Below are positions 60,523 to 64,000 of a DNA stretch of 64,000 nt, one piece after another. A program made the position numbers and the translations under genes. This DNA comes from a virus (taxonomy: Duplodnaviria; Heunggongvirae; Uroviricota; Caudoviricetes). The notes below the pieces were generated by a model, which ran no database searches, was not told the DNA's origin, and worked only from the letters and a program-made list of their open reading frames with translations. Position 1 is the first letter of the stretch, and the number at the start of each line of letters is the position of its first letter. The stretch lies in IMG/VR virus record IMGVR_UViG_3300000976_000008, positions 271,223 through 335,222 of that record. The stretch is one strand, 5' to 3'.

Positions 60523-63500
60523 TTACAAAATCTCATTTATAGTAGTCGGTGGTGGATCAAAGAAACTACCAATTGTTGGAGGAGATCCTGTTGTTGTCCA
60601 ACCAGGCTGATTATTACATGTAGGAGTCATTTGGATAAAGAAGTTTGGACCACCAGCATCAAACGTCCAATCTGCAGGTGGTATGGTAACTGTACCAACA
60701 GCATAGACTACTTCAATAGAACTAGTAGCAGCAGGAACTGGAGTAGGCAATGCAATATTAAGAATTGTCTGTGAAGGACCAGCAGTACAAGGAGCCTGTC
60801 CAGTCACAGCCCAAGAACCAGCACCACCGCCAGCAGCAGCAACTATCAATTCGAACGTCTCAGTATCACTACCATAAGTCGAATGAGTAGCAGTAATTGT
60901 GTAAGTCGTTCCAGTCGTCACATCGGAAGCTGTCGTTGTGCCAGTAATTGCACCAGTAGAAGTATTGAATGACAATCCAGTACCGCCAGGGAATGCCGGA
61001 GCGATCGACCAAGAAGTAGCAGTACCCTGAGACAATGTCGGAGTAACTGTTACTGCATCACCCTCAGTCACTGAGACATCAGTGATTGCAGCAATAATTG
61101 GTGGATCACCAAACGTCATATTGAACGTCGCCGTATCATTTCCGAAGGCGTTCAAGGAAGTAATTGTGTAAGAAGTTGCTCCTTGAGCTGTCGTCGGTGT
61201 TCCATTCAATACACCAGTCGATGTGTTGAACGTCAAGCCAGCCGGAGCAGCCGGAGCGATCGTCCAAGAAGTGGCAGCCCCACCCGTGTTGTTTGGAGTA
61301 ATTGTAAGTGCAGTTCCAGTTGCCCCATCATAATCGGCGATCGCTGCGAGGACTGGGACTTCACCGAACGTCATATCGAACATTTCGGCATCACTACCAT
61401 AAGTGTTTGTGGCAGTGATAGTGTATGTCGTGGCAGCTTGTGCGACCGTAGGAGTACCGCTAAGGACTCCAGTTGATGTGTTGAATGTCAATCCTGTAGG
61501 AGCCGCTGGTGAAATGGACCAACTTACTGCAGAACCACCCGTGTTATTCGGAGTGATAGTAAGAGGAGTTCCCGTAGCACCAACGTAATCCGCAATAGCA
61601 TCAACAGCCGGAGCATCACCAAATGTGAGATCGAACGCCTCGTTATCACTACCATAAGCATTTGTAGCCGTGATAGTGTAAGTCGTCGCTGTTTGGGCAG
61701 TTGTTGGAGTGCCGTTCAAGACTCCAGTTGAAGTATTGAATGTAAGTCCAGCAGGAGCAGCCGGAGCAATAGACCAACTTGTTGCAGCCCCACCGGTATT
61801 ACTTGGCGTAACAGTAAGCGCAGTTCCAGTTGCCCCATCATAATCCGCGATCGCTGCGAGGACTGGGGCTTCACCGAACGTCATATCGAACGTTTCAGAG
61901 TCACTTCCAGTAGCATTTGTCGCGGTGATCGTGTAGCTAGTAGCCGCTTGGGCAGTTGTCGGTGTACCGTTCAGAACACCAGTTGATGTGTTGAACGTCA
62001 ACCCAGCTGGAGCAGCTGGAGCAATGGTCCAAGAAGTAGCAGCACCACCCGTGTTGTTTGGAGTAATTGTAAGTGCTGTGCCCGTAGCATCGTCGTAATC
62101 CGGGATTGCAGCAAGAGCCGGAGCAGTACCACCAGCGTTGATAGTTATGTCGAATGTCTCAGTATCAGAACTACAATCATTCGTCACAGTTACAGTGTAA
62201 GTCGTAGCAGCTTGAGCAGTCGTTGGTGTCCCACTTAATACACCAGTCGATGTGTTAAACGTCAACCCTGCAGGAACTGCTGGAGAAATACTCCATGAAG
62301 TCGCCGCTTCACCTTCAAAAGTGGGAGTGACTGTGAGTGCTATTCCAACAGTAGCAGTCTCATCGGCTATAGGGTCTAAGATAGGACCAGCATGGCTACT
62401 GATAATACCAGAGTTTTTAGCAAGAGTTGAAAATGGTCCAGCACCAGCACGAATACTTACTTCACCACCAACAAGAGCATCCATTCCAGCTTGAGCTTGG
62501 ACAGTTGCAGCAGTCAATGATACACCATCGTCAATGAAGATTTTGCAACCATTAGTTGCTAAAACCGCTATGCCTGTATCCGCACCGCCAGTTATCGTAT
62601 TTGTGAAAGAAGTGTTATAGCATAATGTGTGACCAGAAGAAATATTGTGCATTGTCCTATTACCACCTGTGTATGAACCACCAGTAATAAGACAAAGACC
62701 AGATCCATGATGTGTTATGGCATTATCGTTATCTGCTGTTCCAGCAGAAGATGCAACGCAATTCTTAAATGAGCCTCCTGCGTGGTCAATTCCATCTGTG
62801 TTAGCGTTGGTAACAACACAATCTTCAAACAAAGCAATACCACTAGCATTTAGTTGTGAGCCATCAACTTGGATACCATGTGCGAAGAATGTTCCACGAT
62901 GACTACTCGTGGATGTTGGTGTTCCATTAATGAAATGCAGATTGCTCATACCATAACAAAGCCAAGACTCCGCATTTGGCCATGCCCCAGAACCATCTAT
63001 GGTTGGTTTAATAGCTGAGCTACTAAATATTGTGAAACTTCGATCTGAAGAATTAAGATTCGGGAACACATATGTTCCTGTATCTGCCGCTCCTTCGACA
63101 TGAACAGCATCAACATCCGGTTGTGATGTAGCTTCTGCAATAGTTAAAAACGGACTATCAGCAGATCCATCTCCAGTAATTCCAACTCTATCATCAACAT
63201 AATAAACCTTCTGAAGCGGATTCGGCAAGAAAACAGAAGGTGTTGATTGTGCATTCGAAGTCATATTCCCTGCACCATCGTCAACAGGCAGGAAAAATTG
63301 TGACCCAGCTGGTAAAATTCGCCAATCTCCGACACAAGTAAGTGTTGGAGCTGGCACAGCTTGATTAGCTAATAACCAAGTCTTTAAATTCGTAATATCA
63401 GTAGTAGTTAATTGCTGATTCCAAAAAATAAGCTCTTGTAAGACAGGTTCACCATTTCTAGAAAGAGATGTCGAACTACCCGTACTTCTAGCACCAAAGA

Positions 63501-63990
63501 ATGCTTGGTCAAATGACCAAGTTCCTCCAATAGTATTAGAAGTTGAACCACCTTCAAGAGTTTCAAAAGTAATTGTGCCTGCACCATCGTAGGTAACAAT
63601 CCACCATTGAGGCTCAGCCACATCACGATAGTCATTACCATGAATACGATTCAATACTACCGAGTTAAGTTCTCTAATCTGTAGAACAGAACCACCAGAT
63701 CCAAAATTTGACAAGTCTAAATAAGTATTCGCTTCCGAAGAATTACTCAAACTCAAAATCGTTTTCGGAGAAGATAAAGACCCAAATCCTTGGAATAAAA
63801 ATGAGAATGGTGTAGAACTATTGACAAATGAAGCCACACCATTAATTTGCGGTGCATAAGTAGAGTCAGTACGAGGAGCATAAAAACCCATTGTACCATT
63901 AGATAAACCAACTACAGGCAATCCAGCACCGGATGCTGTTGTTATAGAAGCAGTACCAACTATATCAGGGATAGTTTGATATTGCCCCAT
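60523..63990 (-). CDS. large surface/tail-fibre protein with six putative Ig (He_PIG-like) repeats; probably continues beyond the window
   Basis: six repeats of about 84 aa (SW.I.PA.P.GLTFNTSTG.L.GTPT) preceded by beta-helix-like and lectin-like regions; frame open to the window edge. Confidence 0.85.
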   Translation of the reverse strand: MGQYQTIPDIVGTASITTASGAGLPVVGLSNGTMGFYAPRTDSTYAPQINGVASFVNSSTPFSFLFQGFGSLSSPKTILSLSNSSEANTYLDLSNFGSGGSVLQIRELNSVVLNRIHGNDYRDVAEPQWWIVTYDGAGTITFETLEGGSTSNTIGGTWSFDQAFFGARSTGSSTSLSRNGEPVLQELIFWNQQLTTTDITNLKTWLLANQAVPAPTLTCVGDWRILPAGSQFFLPVDDGAGNMTSNAQSTPSVFLPNPLQKVYYVDDRVGITGDGSADSPFLTIAEATSQPDVDAVHVEGAADTGTYVFPNLNSSDRSFTIFSSSAIKPTIDGSGAWPNAESWLCYGMSNLHFINGTPTSTSSHRGTFFAHGIQVDGSQLNASGIALFEDCVVTNANTDGIDHAGGSFKNCVASSAGTADNDNAITHHGSGLCLITGGSYTGGNRTMHNISSGHTLCYNTSFTNTITGGADTGIAVLATNGCKIFIDDGVSLTAATVQAQAGMDALVGGEVSIRAGAGPFSTLAKNSGIISSHAGPILDPIADETATVGIALTVTPTFEGEAATSWSISPAVPAGLTFNTSTGVLSGTPTTAQAATTYTVTVTNDCSSDTETFDITINAGGTAPALAAIPDYDDATGTALTITPNNTGGAATSWTIAPAAPAGLTFNTSTGVLNGTPTTAQAATSYTITATNATGSDSETFDMTFGEAPVLAAIADYDGATGTALTVTPSNTGGAATSWSIAPAAPAGLTFNTSTGVLNGTPTTAQTATTYTITATNAYGSDNEAFDLTFGDAPAVDAIADYVGATGTPLTITPNNTGGSAVSWSISPAAPTGLTFNTSTGVLSGTPTVAQAATTYTITATNTYGSDAEMFDMTFGEVPVLAAIADYDGATGTALTITPNNTGGAATSWTIAPAAPAGLTFNTSTGVLNGTPTTAQGATSYTITSLNAFGNDTATFNMTFGDPPIIAAITDVSVTEGDAVTVTPTLSQGTATSWSIAPAFPGGTGLSFNTSTGAITGTTTASDVTTGTTYTITATHSTYGSDTETFELIVAAAGGGAGSWAVTGQAPCTAGPSQTILNIALPTPVPAATSSIEVVYAVGTVTIPPADWTFDAGGPNFFIQMTPTCNNQPGWTTTGSPPTIGSFFDPPPTTINEIL

Positions 63991-64000
63991 TCCAGCAGCA

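Noticed and set aside
60840-62380. CRISPR-like or mobile DNA repeats
   Set aside because: The repeats are in-frame Ig-domain coding repeats of about 250 nt with synonymous divergence. No CRISPR array was seen in the window.
1-64000. Genome-wide reassignment of TGA (genetic code 4 or 25)
   Set aside because: Long genes are intact under code 11, TGG is used for Trp, and many genes end in TGA with ATGA overlaps. Only three internal TGAs were found.

Overview
This window looks like a 64-kb segment of a large (jumbo-type) dsDNA bacteriophage. Planctomycete-style secreted proteins and cytochrome c domains suggest a Planctomycetota host (inference). Positions 0.4-43.5 kb are mostly minus-strand small accessory genes: two expanded paralog families, GroES, a cold-shock protein, WGR, CAP, a DUF6580 transporter, HNH nucleases and a c-type cytochrome trio, interspersed with tRNAs and structured ncRNAs. 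Positions 44-58 kb hold a baseplate/tail protein and a 12-gene glycosyl-/sulfo-/methyltransferase/radical-SAM cluster. The window ends with adenosine deaminase, an Rrf2-like regulator and a large Ig-repeat protein. The most striking signal is an apparent UGA-readthrough-gated translation circuit in a genome that otherwise uses TGA as a normal stop. It comprises (i) two tandem UCA-anticodon (opal suppressor) tRNAs, (ii) a PTH2-type peptidyl-tRNA hydrolase with an in-frame UGA at codon 9, (iii) a 9-codon leader M-L-UGA-P-C-R-D-P-P-stop whose 3' end base-pairs over the ribosome-binding site of the next gene, and (iv) a cupin gene with an in-frame UGA at codon 26. The ORF track missed the leader and the cupin gene and truncated the hydrolase. 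Other unusual RNAs are three oversized tRNA-like RNAs, an anticodon-hairpin mimic and tandem kink-turn hairpins. All family assignments come from motif recognition by eye; no searches were run.
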